DNA of 64,000 nt from Macrostomum hystrix (lineage: Eukaryota > Animalia > Platyhelminthes), in contig CATNEN010000001.1 in assembly GCA_950097015.1 (NCBI GenBank), forward strand, positions 22,878,001 through 22,942,000, written 5' to 3'. This document shows positions 12,975 to 26,200 of the stretch, in pieces. The position numbers and the translations under genes are program-made. A model generated the notes under the pieces. The model saw nothing but the letters and a program-made list of their open reading frames with translations. It was not told the origin of the DNA and made no database searches. Position 1 is the first letter of the stretch, and each line of letters opens with the position of its first letter.

Positions 12975-14049
12975 ACCCATCTCTCACCAATCTATCTCTC
13001 CTTCACCCATCTCTCACCAATCTATCCCTCCTTCACCCATCTCTCTCCAATCTATCGCTCCTTCACACATCTCTCACCAATCTATCTCTCCTTCACCCAT
13101 CTCTCACCAATCTATCGCTCCTTCACACATCTCTCACCAATCTATCTCTCCTTCACCCATCTCTCACCAATCTATCGCTCCTTCACACATCTCTCACCAA
13201 TCTATCTCTCCTTCACCCATCTCTCTCCAATCTATCGCTCCTTCACACATCTCTCACCAATCTATCTCTCCTTCACCCATCTATCACCAATCTATCTCTC
13301 CTTCACCCATCTCTCACCAATCTATCCCTCCTTCACCCATCTCTCTCCAATCTATCGCTCCTTCACACATCTCTCACCAATCTATCTCTCCTTCACACAT
13401 CTCTCTCACAAAACAAATCTGTACCTTTCTCATAAAGAGTGTGACATTTTCCTGACAAGCAAGCGTCATTTTTTCAAGCCTCACTGAATTGAACAATAAA
13501 AAATGTTCTATAATAGAAACAGGTTATTATTTGACAATTCTGTCTGGTCTTTTGTGTCTTTTGCCTTTTTGCAAAATTCATTTATGCATTTTCATAGGCC
13601 GAATCAGGAACGCTTCGTGTATAAAAAATTTGCTTTCACATTTAATTCCATCAATATGGACAAGTTCTTTTTTGTTCCGTCAAGGCTCAACTGTTATTTC
13701 ATTATATTTATTTCATTATTTCATCCTTTTTGTTGTCACGCAAATCACTCAGTCGTGAATCTTCCCTTCAGTGTGGTCTCTGATTTTCAACAACCATCCA
13801 AATTTCTGCTTTTTTTTCTACAAAAGGTGCCGAATTTCACTGTACGTGGAAAGTCAAGACTTGCGTGCAACTCGAATTTCAAATACGATTTGAGTGCCCA
13901 GAGTCCTTTGACTTGTTGGCAAAATCAAAACAAAGTCAAGTCAAAGGCTTTGCCCCAGTCTTCTGATGCAGATTTGCAAACGCGTTAATTTAGCTACTAT
14001 AGTTGTTACGCTAAAATGGCATAATTAAAATAACAATTTTTTGCCATTC

Positions 14050-14212
14050 TTTTTTAATAGTAGTAATAATAGTAATATTAGTAATAGTAATAATAGTAAT
14101 TAATAAAGCATGCCCCAATAAAGTCAGATGTGTAGTCGACAGCACAGCCGCAGCTATTGCGTGGCGCATCTGAAGGCTGCGTACAGTCCATGGACTGGGG
14201 GGACGCCACACC
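14050..14212 (-). mobile_element. SINE family A, 3' fragment with AT-rich simple-repeat tail
   Basis: Reverse complement matches 51310-51435 (palindrome CAGTCCATGGACTG, GCCTTCAGATGC, CACATCTGAC, TTATTGGG). Confidence 0.7.
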
Positions 14213-14447
14213 CGCCACACCCGCCACAGGGCATAGCAAGGCAAGGAAACCCTGGGCTTGATGCCAAATCGTAATTAGCTCGCTGGCAGGTGATTTACAA
14301 TCACGGCTGCTGAAGGCCGCTTCTTTGAGTAGTTTACTCAAAGAAGTCATTTCCCGACTGTCTTTATCACCGTTTCCTTTCCCATTTCCCATATTTCTTT
14401 CTGTGCTGAGCTTTTGTACTTAACTCTTCACCTGGGTTTCACCTTCA

Positions 14448-14600
14448 GTTGAGTTCTACTACCCCTGTCAACTCAGCCTTCTACCCCTGTCACCTCAGCC
14501 TTCTACCCCTGTCACCTCAGCCTTCTACCCCTGTCAACTCAGCCTTCTACCCCTGCCATCTTAGCCTTCTACCCTGTCAACTCAGCCTTCTACCCCTCGA
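14448..14600. repeat. ~21-bp minisatellite CTCAGCCTTCTACCCCTGTCA (~7 copies)
   Basis: Tandem copies seen directly. Confidence 0.9.
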
Positions 14601-16925
14601 ACTTCCGACCTTCAATCTTCTACCAATGTGCAAGCCGCTCTTCTCCCTATCTTCGATTATGTACTTTTGATAAGCCAGACTGTTAATAATGAAGTACACA
14701 AGATGATTATATAAACTGCATGTTCATGTTATCATATTTTGTATACAATCTCAAGTTCTCAGCAAATTCTGGCTACATTTAAGTGAGTCCTCTTGATTAC
14801 CAAGGGCAGGTCTCGATTCCTCCCCAATAGCTAGCTCTATATCTCCTGGGGATTTGAGCACATAGGGATATGGAAATAAGGCAATATGGCGAGGCCATTG
14901 AAAACATGTTTATATCGTATATTTTCTGGCCAACCATAAAAGTACATTGCACCCGGATTGACTCGGCTTCAACTCGCAGCACGGAATGTAGGAATGAGAG
15001 AAAGCAGAGTAGGGGATGGGGCGGCTGAGGGGAAAATTATAATTAATGAGTTTTGACTGTTGGAACGTGCCGTATCGGCCATTGTGGGATCGAGGCTCTT
15101 ATCACGACAACGGAGCCGATACGAACATAATGGAATCTTATGGGATCTGAAGGCGTTAGGCGATTTAAGTCTTAATCCTTAATGAGATTATAACTATGCA
15201 CTCCTAATCCACTGTCTGACTGCTCGCTTGGCTACTCCATAAATTATTATAGAAATTAAGACAGGAAGAACTAAAAGAGATTCGCCAGCCATATATAATT
15301 CGGGCCGATGCCAAAGATTAGCCCCGCCCAAAATTGAATTTTATGATCCTGGGAAATGGGAAATCACTCAGTCTCCTTCACCCAACTCGCAAATATATTC
15401 AAAAAGTCTGACTCGAAACGTTGAACTTTTAAAGTTCGCAATGCAAACGATTCGAACTTTAAATAACGATAGCTAAATAATCACCAGGATCAGAGAGATG
15501 GGACCTGCCCTATGACACAACACAGCGAAGCGAGCTCGCAACTCTATTTCAACTGTTCAGTTTAGTTTGCTCTCCACTTGGCCCACGATTTCGCAGCCCC
15601 TCCACCCCTCCACCCCTCCACCCCTCCACCCCTGACTCTAATTTTAGTTTTTCTGTCCCACTAGGCGCAGACCCCCTCTCTTATCAGTCCGGGGTCCGTG
15701 GGGTTGGGGCCGGCTCTGTGTACATTTATAAAAACTGTCCGCCTCCGCTTGCAGCCCTACGTACATAGCAGGGGCGCCGCACCGTACATTACTATTTAGT
15801 TGAATCTCCTGCTAGTGGAGGGGGTGGAGCGATCAGATTATTGGTAAAGTGGGACCGCATGCGCTTCCCCCTCACTTTTTATTGTCCAACGCTCAGACCC
15901 ACGCTGCCCCAAAACCAAAAAAGCCAACTCCCTCCTCCACATAGGCTTGAGCAAATAGTGTACGAAATAGATTTAAAAGCAGAGCTGGAGAGCCAGAGGC
16001 ATAGGCGAAGGAGCAGAAGAAATCCGAGAAATTTGCAATTCGCCAGGAAGCGAAAGAGGGAAGGAGAAATAAACGAGTAGCGTTTAGTCGTTTCTTATTT
16101 TTTCTTCGGGCACAAAATTGACGACCGCGAATCTCTCTCTAACAGAGGCGCAAAACTGGGTCACATTCGACTGCAAGGCGGCTCGAGAATACCGAAGCCA
16201 GGACAACTCAAACTGTAAGCCTGTCGGCGAGCAAACGCGTGTGCGAACTAGTTCGCGAGCAACTCTATCCAATCCTCATTTTCCCTGTCCCATTTCTAGA
16301 CGCCTTGCCTGCTAGTGAAAGCGCACGCAGCAGTCTCTGCTCGTCACTTCCTCCTCGTTCATCTGGCTCCACTCGGCTCGATCAACATCAGGACAGGCTG
16401 CGCTCTCGCTTATGCCAGCTCAAATCACGAGGCAGCCCAGCCTAGGGCGAGTATTCCCATTATGCAGTCTATGCCATGCGAATGCATTAACGTTTACAAT
16501 TACGCATATTGTCATAATGCCGTGGGCCCTGATGTAGCAGTCCAGCCGTTCTATCATCTCTGTTAGTTCACACTCCAGCCTGCCTCTTCCCCATCCCCTC
16601 TGCTCCCCTTAGCCGGCTAGGAACTCCACGTGAGGGACACCTACGCTCCTCAGCGCACTAGATCCCCTTCCTCATCTCAGCCCGTCTCAGACTCAAGCCC
16701 TATACCTCCCGTCCCTCCGCACAGCCTACCCAATCGCAGACTGAAGAGAGGCAGAAAAACTAACTAAATAAAATCAGCAGGGAGAGTAAGAGAGGGCAGC
16801 GTTAACGACCCAGACAGAGAGCGAGGATAAATTAGAGGTAAAGTCGCCGATATTTCCCACCCCAATTTTCAGTTCCCAATCAATTAGCACCTGCGCAGGT
16901 AATCACTAGCCGAAAAATTGCTATC

Positions 16926-17205
16926 ATGTCCAAGCTGTTGCATCGAGTTGTCTCAGACGCAGCCACCCGAGTGTCGCAGGCTCGCAGTGGGGGCAGGCCT
17001 GTGCCAGAGATGCAACGCGCTGATACTGTGCCTGAGTCCGGCTTGACCTGCAGCCCCCTGCTGCAGCAGCAAACTGGCAACAATGGCTCCGAATATCGCG
17101 AGATGCTGCTCAGGCAAGTTAAACGCGAAGTTAAACAGCTCATGGAGGAGTCCGTCACGAAAAAGTTCATTCACGAAGAGAGCTCCATCATCACTACTCT
17201 GTGCG
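16926..17205 (+). CDS. SGSM2: SGSM exon 1 (N-terminus, start of RUN region)
   Basis: [33 protein letters not shown]; donor G|GTGAGT. Confidence 0.88.
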
Positions 17206-20200
17206 GTGAGTCTGATGTTCTGTTCTGCCATTTGGAGTGGGATTCTGCCATGGGATCTGGGTAGGGATTCTGCCATGGGATCTGGGTAGGGATTCTGCCA
17301 TGGGATCTGGGTAGGGATTCTGCCAAGGGAACTGGAGCAGGGATTTTTTCAAGTGATCTCGGGAGCAGGGATTACTCCAAGTGATCTGGAGCAAGGATTA
17401 TTCCAAGTGATCTGGAGCAGGGATTATTCCAAGGGATCTGGAGCAGGGATTATTCCAAGGGATCTGGAGCAGGGATTATTCCAAGGGATCTGGAGCAGGG
17501 ATTATTCCAAGGGATCTGGAGCAGGGATTATTCCAAGGGATCTGGAGCAGGGATTATTCCAAGGGATCTGGAGCAGGGATTATTCCAAGGGATCTGGAGC
17601 AGGGATTATTCCAAGGGATCTGGAGCAGGGATTATTCCAAGTGATCTGGGGTAGGGATTCTTCAATTGGATTTGGGGCAGGGATTCTTCAATTGGAACTG
17701 GGGTAGGGATTCTTCAATGGGATCTGGGGTAGGGGTTCTTCGACGGGATCTGGGGCAGGGATTCTTCGACGGGATCTGGGGCAGGGATTCTTCAATGGGA
17801 TCTGGGGTAGGGATTCTTCGACGGGATCTGGGGCAGGGATTCTTCAATGAGATCTGGTGTAGGGATTCTTTGACGGGATCTGGGGTAGGGATTCTTCAAT
17901 GGGATCTGGGGTAGAGATTCTTTGACGGGATCTGGGGCAGGGATTCTTCAATGGGATCTGGGGTAGGGATTCTTCAATGGGATCTGGGGTAGGGATTCTT
18001 TGACGGGATCTGGGGTAGGGATTCTTCAATGGGATCTGGGGTAGGGATTCTTTGACGGGATCTGGGGCAGGAATTCTTCAATTGGATCTGGAGTAGGGAT
18101 TCTTCAATTGGATCTGGGGTAGGGATTCTTTGACGGGATCTGGGGCAGGAATTCTTCAATTGGATCTGGAGTAGGGATTCTTCAATGGGATCTGGGGTAG
18201 GGATTCTTTGACGGGATCTGGGGCAGGGATTATTTAATGGGCTGTGGAGCAGGGATTCTTCGATGGGATCTGTGACAGAATTTTTCCATGAAATCTGGGG
18301 CTAGAAATCTGTTGCAATCTTCTTAAGGTATCGAAATCCTTCATTGGGATTAAAATGGTACATTCCGTTGTGAAATTTCAAAAATGTCTGTGATTCAGAA
18401 TCCATCGAATCAATAATTGAAAGTCTTATGATTGGATCGGAATCGAAATACTCTACTGGGATTGGAATTATTCGTTGTAATCATGTAAGGGAAAAATATT
18501 CTAAATTATTAACAGGGATCAGAATCCTCATATGGGATCAGAATCCTGAAATCCTCAAATGGGTTCAGAATCTCCAAATCCTAAAATGGGATCAGAATCC
18601 TCAAATGGGATCAGAACCCTCAAATGGTATCAGAATCCACAAATTTGGTCAGAATCCTCATATGGGATCAGAATCCACAAATGGGATCAAAATCCTGAAA
18701 TGGGGTCATAATCCTGAAATGGGGTCAGAATCCTCAAACGGGATCAGAATCCTGAAATGGGATCAGAATCCTGAAATGGGATCAGAATCCTCAAATGGGA
18801 TCGGAATCCTCAAATGGGATCAGAATCCTCAAATGGGATCGGAATCCTCAAATGGGATCAGAATACTGATATGGGATCAGAATCCTCAAATGGGATCAGA
18901 ATCCTCAAATAGGATCGGAATCCTCAAATGGGATCAGAATCCTCAAATGGTATTTGTATCCTCAAATAAGATCGGACTCATTTAATTCTACTATTTGGGG
19001 CAGGATAGGGATCCTTCTAAATGAAAAAGGGTGTTTTAACTATACAGAATTGTCAATAAATGAATTCAATCTCCCCAATCGATTGCAGCGAGCGTGGAGA
19101 ATTGCATTCAGTATGGCCTGAAACGCACCAGCGTGTCCGTGTTTCGCGACAATCTCTCCTACCGGCTGCTGCAGAAGATCGCCAAGGACTGCCCGGAGGC
19201 GCGCTCGGTGCTGGACCGCATGGCCGCCACCGAGACCGACGGTGGCAGTGGCGGCCTCGCCTCGCTGGCCAGCTCCGGAGGCCTCATCGGCAAGGACGGC
19301 GGCAAGAAGCCTTCGCAGAATGTCAAGTACCAATGGATCCGGGTGGCCCTGCTTGAGAAACTGCTCAACGGCATTGTTGAGCACCTAGTTAAACGGTGCA
19401 AGCAGTACTATGAGACTGACAGTATCATTGCCGACCCGTGCGATGGGCCGCTGCTGGCTTCCCTGCTCGGTGAGTTTGGATTCTGGGATTCTAATCCCGA
19501 GTTCTCCCGACCCAAAATCTCAGATTTCAATCTCTAATCCCCATTCTCAGATCCCAATCTCTAATCCCCATGTCTCAGATCCCAATCTCTAATCGTCAAT
19601 CTCAGATCCCAATCTCTAATCCCCATTCTGAGATCCCAATCTTCAATCCCCATTCTCAGATCCCAATCTCTAATCCCCATGTCTCAGATCCCAATCTCTA
19701 ATCCCCATTCTCAGATCCCAATCTCTAATCCCCATTCTCAGATCCCAATCTCTAATCCCCATTCTCAGATCCCAGTCTCTAATCCCCATTCTCGGATCCC
19801 AATCTCTAATCCCCATGTCTCAGATCCCAATCTCTAATCCCCATTCTCAGATCCCAATCTCTAATCCCCATGTCTCAGATCCCAATCTCTAATCCCCATT
19901 CTCGGATCCCAATCTCTAATCCCCATGTCTCAGATCCCAATCTCTAATCCCCATTCTCGGATCCCAATCTCTAATCCCCATTCTCGGATCCCAAATCTCT
20001 AATCCCCATGTCTCAGATCCCAATCTCTAATCCCCATGTCTCAGATCCCAATCTCTAATCCCCATGTCTCAGATCCCAATCTCTAATCCCCATGTCTCAC
20101 ATCCCAATCTCTAATCCCCATGTCTCAGATCCCAATCTCTAATCCCCAAGTCTCAGATCCCAATCTCTAATCCCATGTCTCAGATCCCAATCTCTAATCC

Positions 20201-23200
20201 CATGTCTCAGATCCCAATCTCTAATCCCCAAGTCTCAGATCCCAATCTCTAATCCCATGTCTCAGATCCCAATCTCTAATCCCATGTCTCAGATCCCAAT
20301 CTCTAATCCCATGTCTCAGATCCCAATCTCTAACCCCAAGTCCCAGATCCCTATCTTTAATTACCTGACTCAAATTTTAATCCCTAATCCCCAGTCTTAG
20401 TCCAGCTAACTCTGATCCTTCTAGTCCAGGGACCTAAACTCGGCTACGGCTATCGTGATTTTTGCTGTGTAACCAGTTTGCTATTATTCCATTTTCTTAC
20501 TGTAAAAGTGAATATTGCAATATCTTGTTTCATTGTTAGATTTTTTGTGTATCGACGAGTGTGATGCAGCAGGCATTGAATCAGCCTGGCCTTCCGTAAC
20601 TATAGCAAGGCAATAAAGATCTAGAGGCAATATCGGAAATGAATACCTGAGTGAGCTGCCGCCTCTATTCCTGGTCTCATTCATCAGAATAGACTAACAG
20701 TCATCCCAGGTATTCATTTCTGATTCACTTAAACAGTCCCCCGCCACAGATCCCCCCTATCAAATATCCTATAGCCTGGGATTCCACATCACAGCTCCCC
20801 GCAGTGGCTAAAGGTGCAAATGAAAAAAGTGAAGTAGTAATGCTTTCTATAATTCTCTTTTGCCATTGTTTTTGCCAATGTCAAGTGTCTTACTGCTGTC
20901 ACGTGGAGTCTAGACTCTAGAAAAAGCCCTGCAGCTTTGAATTCTTCGGATTGAATTTTTTAAAGTTCCAAGATCCCAGATCCAAGATCCCAGATCCAAG
21001 ATCCCAGATCCAAGATCCCAGATCCAAGATCCCAGATCCAAGATCCCAGATCCAAGATCCCAGATCCAAGATCCCAGATCCAAGATCCCAGATCCAAGAT
21101 CCCAGATCCAAGATCCCAGATCCAAGATCCCAGATCCAAGATCCCAGATCCAAGATCCCAGATCCAAGATCCCAGATCCAAGATCCCAGATCCAAGACAA
21201 TGTCCAAGACAATTGACAATGTCCAAGATCCCATTTCTAATGTCAAAGATCCCATTTCTAATGTCAAAGATCGCATTTCTACTGTCCAAGATCCCATTTC
21301 TAATGTCAAAGATCCCATTTCTAATGTCCTAGATCCCGTTTCTAATATCCTAGATCCCATTTCTAATGTCCTTGATCCCATTTCTAATATCCTAGATCCC
21401 ATTTCTAATGTCCCCTAGATCCCATTTCTAATGTCCCCTAGATCCCATTTCTAATGTCAAAGATCGCATTTCTACTGTCCTAGATCCCATTTCTAATGTC
21501 CTAGATCCCATTTCTAATATCCTAGATCCCATTTCTAATATCCTAGATCCCATTTCTAATATCCTAGATCCTATTTCTAATGTCCTAGATCCCATTTCTA
21601 ATGTCAAAGATCGCATTTCTACTGTCCTAGATCCCACTTCTACTGTCCTAGATCCCTGATCAAGTATATCGGATACCCGTCTTGGTATCTTCTCATTTGG
21701 AAAAATACATTTTCTCTCAAGTAAAGTCTGAATACTGTACATTTTCCACAGTGGGTCCGTGCGCACTGGAGTACACCAAGGTGAAGATGCTGGATCATTT
21801 CTACACGGACCCGAGCGCTGACGAATTACTTCAGAGGCACCGAATCCACACGCCGATTGGCAGTCCGAATTCTCCCAAGGCCGCCAGGACTCCGTCATTG
21901 AAGGTGAGCTTAATTATCGATTGGAATATCTGCAGTTAGTATCAACAGATTTTGGTCTAATAATCCGCACGGATTATCGGCACACCTGCACGCAGGTGTA
22001 GCAGCTGTTGACCATAAAAATCATGGCAACAAAAACTCTGGCAGCTGCCCAAAGCTTTTACCGAGTGATGAATTATTGAGCAGTGCTTGTTCCAAAGTGA
22101 CAAAATGAATGACCACCTAATGGCTGGCTAGTAGCATGTCCAGGTAAACTAGATTATAGATTGTTACTCAGAGTATTAGCGTGAATTATGAGCAGCCTTG
22201 TCAACTGGAAGCAAAATTAGTAAAATACAAACAGGATAATAGGGAATTCTCGTAGAAAATACGAGCTAGCTGTTGCTGGACAACTAATTTTCGAGGCTAA
22301 AATAGCTTATTTGAGTCGTGAATTGCTCATTTGAGTTGCTCATTTGAGCTTAGTTGAGTCGATATTAGCTCATTTGAGTAGGGAATAGCTCAGTTGAGTA
22401 GGGAATAGCTCATTTGTGTCGGGAATAGCTCATTTGAGTAGGGAATTGCTCATTTGAGTAGGGAATAGCTCATTTGAGTAGGGAATAGCTCATTTGAGTA
22501 GGGAATAGCTCATTTGAGTAGGGAATAGCTCATTTGAGTAGGGAATAGCTCATTTGTGTCGGGAATAGCTCATTTGAGTAGGGAATAGCTCATTTGAGTA
22601 GGGAATAGCTCATTTGAGTAGGGAATAGCTCATTTGAGTAGGGAATAGCTCATTTGAGTAGGGAATAGCTCATTTGAGTAGGGAATAGCTCATTTGAGTC
22701 GTGAATTGCTCATTTGAGTTGCTCATTTGTGTCGGGAATTGCTCATTTGAGTAGGGAATTGCTCATTTGTGTCGGGAATAGCTCATTTGAGTAGGGAATA
22801 GCTCATTTGAGTTGGGAGTAGCTCATTTGAGTATGGATAGCTCATTTGAGTTTTGAACCGCTTGTCAAGCAATGAGGCTAGAATATTTTCAGTACTGTGT
22901 ACTTATTTACCAGCAAGGCACACAGCTACTTTCATGCGTCGTTGAGCTCACCTAAACTCACCCCAGTTTTTTTCTTTGCCCACCATGTGCCTTTCCCGAC
23001 AGCCGCAGGACAATAAAAAATGCCGTCTCTTATCCCATATCCTTCTTCCCCTGCATCCGAGTCCAGCCCTTCCTCGCTTCGTTTTTCTCCCGTCTCATCA
23101 TCCGTGGGTGTTTTTTACAGCACCAGTTGCAGCAAATACACTCTGTGTGTAACCTAGCTAATATAACCCAGTTTTGGAATTATGCACTGTTCTGCCCAGA

Positions 23201-26200
23201 ATAAGGCCCATTGTTTTCTAATGCCTCCATTTTTCCATCATTGAGAATCGTTTTCCCTGCTTGAGGCATGTTTTTTTCGGTTAAACAGTTTTTCCTAGGC
23301 TTTTTCCTAGACCTTGGACCTGGATACCTGGGACCTGGATACCTGGGACCTGGATACCTGGGACCTGGATACCTGGGACCTGGATACCTGGGACCTGGAT
23401 ACCTGGGATCTGGATACTTGGGACCTGTATACCTGGGACCTGGATACCTGGGACCTGGATACCTAGGACCTGGATACCTGGGACCTGGATACCTGGGACC
23501 TGGATACCTGGGACCTGGATACCTGGGACCTGGATACCTGGGACCTGGATACCTGGGACCTGGATACCTGGGACCTGGATACCTGGGACCTGGATACCTG
23601 GGACCTGGATACCTGGGACCTGGATACCTGGGACCTGGATACCTGGGACCTGGATACCTGGGACCTGGATACCTGGGACCTGGATACCTGGGATCTGGAT
23701 ACTTGGGACCTGTATACCTGGGACCTGGATACCTGGGACCTGGATACCTGGGACCTGGATACCTAGGACATGGATACCTGGGACCTGGATACCTGGGACA
23801 TGGATACCTGGGACCTGGATACCTAGGACATGGATACCTGGGACATGGATACCTGGGACCTGGATACCTAGGACATGGATACCTGGGACCTGGATACCTG
23901 GGACCTGGGTACCAGGTATTTTAACTACTTTTACATAAAATAAATTTTGGAATATTTTGTCAGCTTGTCAATTTATGAAAGCCAGCCAAAGATACTACTT
24001 GCCGATTTGCTAATTCTCTCGCAGGACGATGTGATCTGGCTAAAGCGTCTGTCAAATTTGCTTGCCTCAGACAGTTGGTCCGGGACCAGCTGTTGCGAAG
24101 CAGAAATGGTTAGAGAGGTTTGAGTTTTGTGATAAGTATTTTATACAAGTGTTTGGTCTTTAAAAATTTAAATTGTCAATATATTTATGTTTTTTGGTGT
24201 TGAAGAAGAACACAAACGTTTTTTAAGTAAAAGGTAATTGTTTTGCATTTGGTGAGGTTTTTATTGTCGTCTTGAGCTGACCATTTTGTTAGGAATAGAA
24301 TGCTGATCTATTGCACTAGATGATAGAAAATAATTGGTTGCTAATCTATTACACTAGATGATGGAATAGAATGGATTGCTAATCTATTACACTAGATGAT
24401 GGAATAGAATGGATTGCTAATCTATTACACTAGATAATGGGATAGAATGGATTGCTAATCTATTACACTAGATAATGGAATAGAATGGATTGCTAATCTA
24501 TTGCACTAGATAATGGAATAGAATGGATTGCTAATCTATTGCACTAGATAATGGAATAGAATGGATTGCTAATCTATTGCACTAGATAATGGAATAGAAT
24601 GGATTGCTAATCTATTACACTAGATAATGGGATAGAATGGATTGCTAATCTATTACACTAGATAATGGAATAGAATGGATTGCTAATCTATTACACTAGA
24701 TAATGGAATAGAATGGATTGCTAATCTATTGCACTAGATAATGGAATAGAATGGATTGCTAATCTATTGCACTAGATAATGGAATAGAATGGATTGCTAA
24801 TCTATTGCACTAGATAATGGAATAGAATGGATTGCTAATCTATTGCACTAGATAATGGAATAGAATGGATTGCTAATCTATTGCACTAGATAATGGAATA
24901 GAATGGATTGCTAATCTATTGCACTAGATAATGGAATAGAATGGATTGCTAATCTGTTACACTAGATAATGGAATAGAATGGATTGCTAATCTGTTACAC
25001 TAGATAATGGAATAGAATGGATTGCTAATCTATTACACTAGATAATGGAATAGAATGGATTGCTAATCTGTTACACTAGATAATGGAATAGAATGGATTG
25101 CTAATCTATTGCACTAGATAATGGAATAGAATGGATTGCTAATCTATTACACTAGATAATGGAATAGAATGGATTGCTAATCTATTGCACTAGATAATGG
25201 AATAGAATGGATTGCTAATTTATTACACTAGATAATGGAATAGAATGGATTGCTAATCTATTGCACTAGATAATGGAATAGAATGGATTGCTAATCTATT
25301 GCACTAGATAATGGAATAGAATGGATTGCTAATCTATTACACTAGATAATGGAATAGAATGGATTGCTAATCTATTGCACTAGATAATGGAATAGAATGG
25401 ATTGCTAATCTATTACACTAGATAATGGAATAGAATGGATTGCTAATCTATTACACTAGATGAAGAAATGGAAAGGATTGCTAATCTAACTCATTTGCTT
25501 TCGATTAAACTGAAATCAAAATTCTCTAACTTTGTCTAGAATAAAAGCGAACGACAATTCAGTTTACCAGGTTGTGTGTGCCGATGGATTAAGTAAATCT
25601 TCGAAGTTTTCTAAGCGATCGTCTGCAATTACCTTGAGAGCAGATTAGCTAGGCTTGATTTGAGTCCATCACAGCACGACATCAGATCGAGTTCATTAAA
25701 TTAATTGCCTGATAAGACAAAACTATTTAGCTTCCCTGTGCAATACTAAAATACTGATTTAAGCATATTGGAACATCTGTAAGTATTTCTATAAAAAATT
25801 TTTTGATTTGCTAAAGCTTATGTCTGTATGACAGGTGACACTCCTGTCTAACAGGTGACACTCTTGTCTAACAGGTGACACTCTTGTCTAACAGGTGACA
25901 CTCCTGTCTAACAGGTGACACTCCTGTCTAACAGGTGACACTCTTGTCTAACAGGTGACACTCCTGTCTAACAGGAGACACTCCTGTCTAACAGGTGACA
26001 CTCTTGTCTAACAGGTGACACTCCTGTCTAACAGGAGACACTCCTGTCTAACAGGTGACACTCCTGTCTAACAGGTGACACTTCTGTCTAACAGGTGACA
26101 CTTCTGTCTAACAGGTGACACTCCTGTCTAAGCCCCATCACCCCACTCCCCCTGGCAACCGCAGATCAAGCGGCACCCGTCCACTTCGAGCGAGGAGAGC

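Larger units (their letters stand above)
1..13410. repeat. 30-bp tandem satellite, consensus ACCAATCTATCTCTCCTTCACCCATCTCTC (~360 units before the LTR insertion, ~14 after)
   Basis: Exact 30-bp phase from 1 to 10824 with substitution variants only; resumes at 12975 after the LTR element; almost no G on the + strand; the window starts inside the array. Confidence 0.98.

Noticed and set aside
23003-23150. Another possible cassette exon in SGSM intron 3
   Set aside because: An acceptor-like CAG is present, but there is no convincing donor and the peptide is not family-like.
23268-23924. (GPGYL)n ORF resembling an elastomeric or silk protein
   Set aside because: A 15-bp intronic minisatellite with almost no synonymous variation and no supporting splice or signal context.
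24295-25490. CRISPR-like array (38-bp period)
   Set aside because: Head-to-tail repeats without unique spacers, in a eukaryotic intron, with no cas genes.
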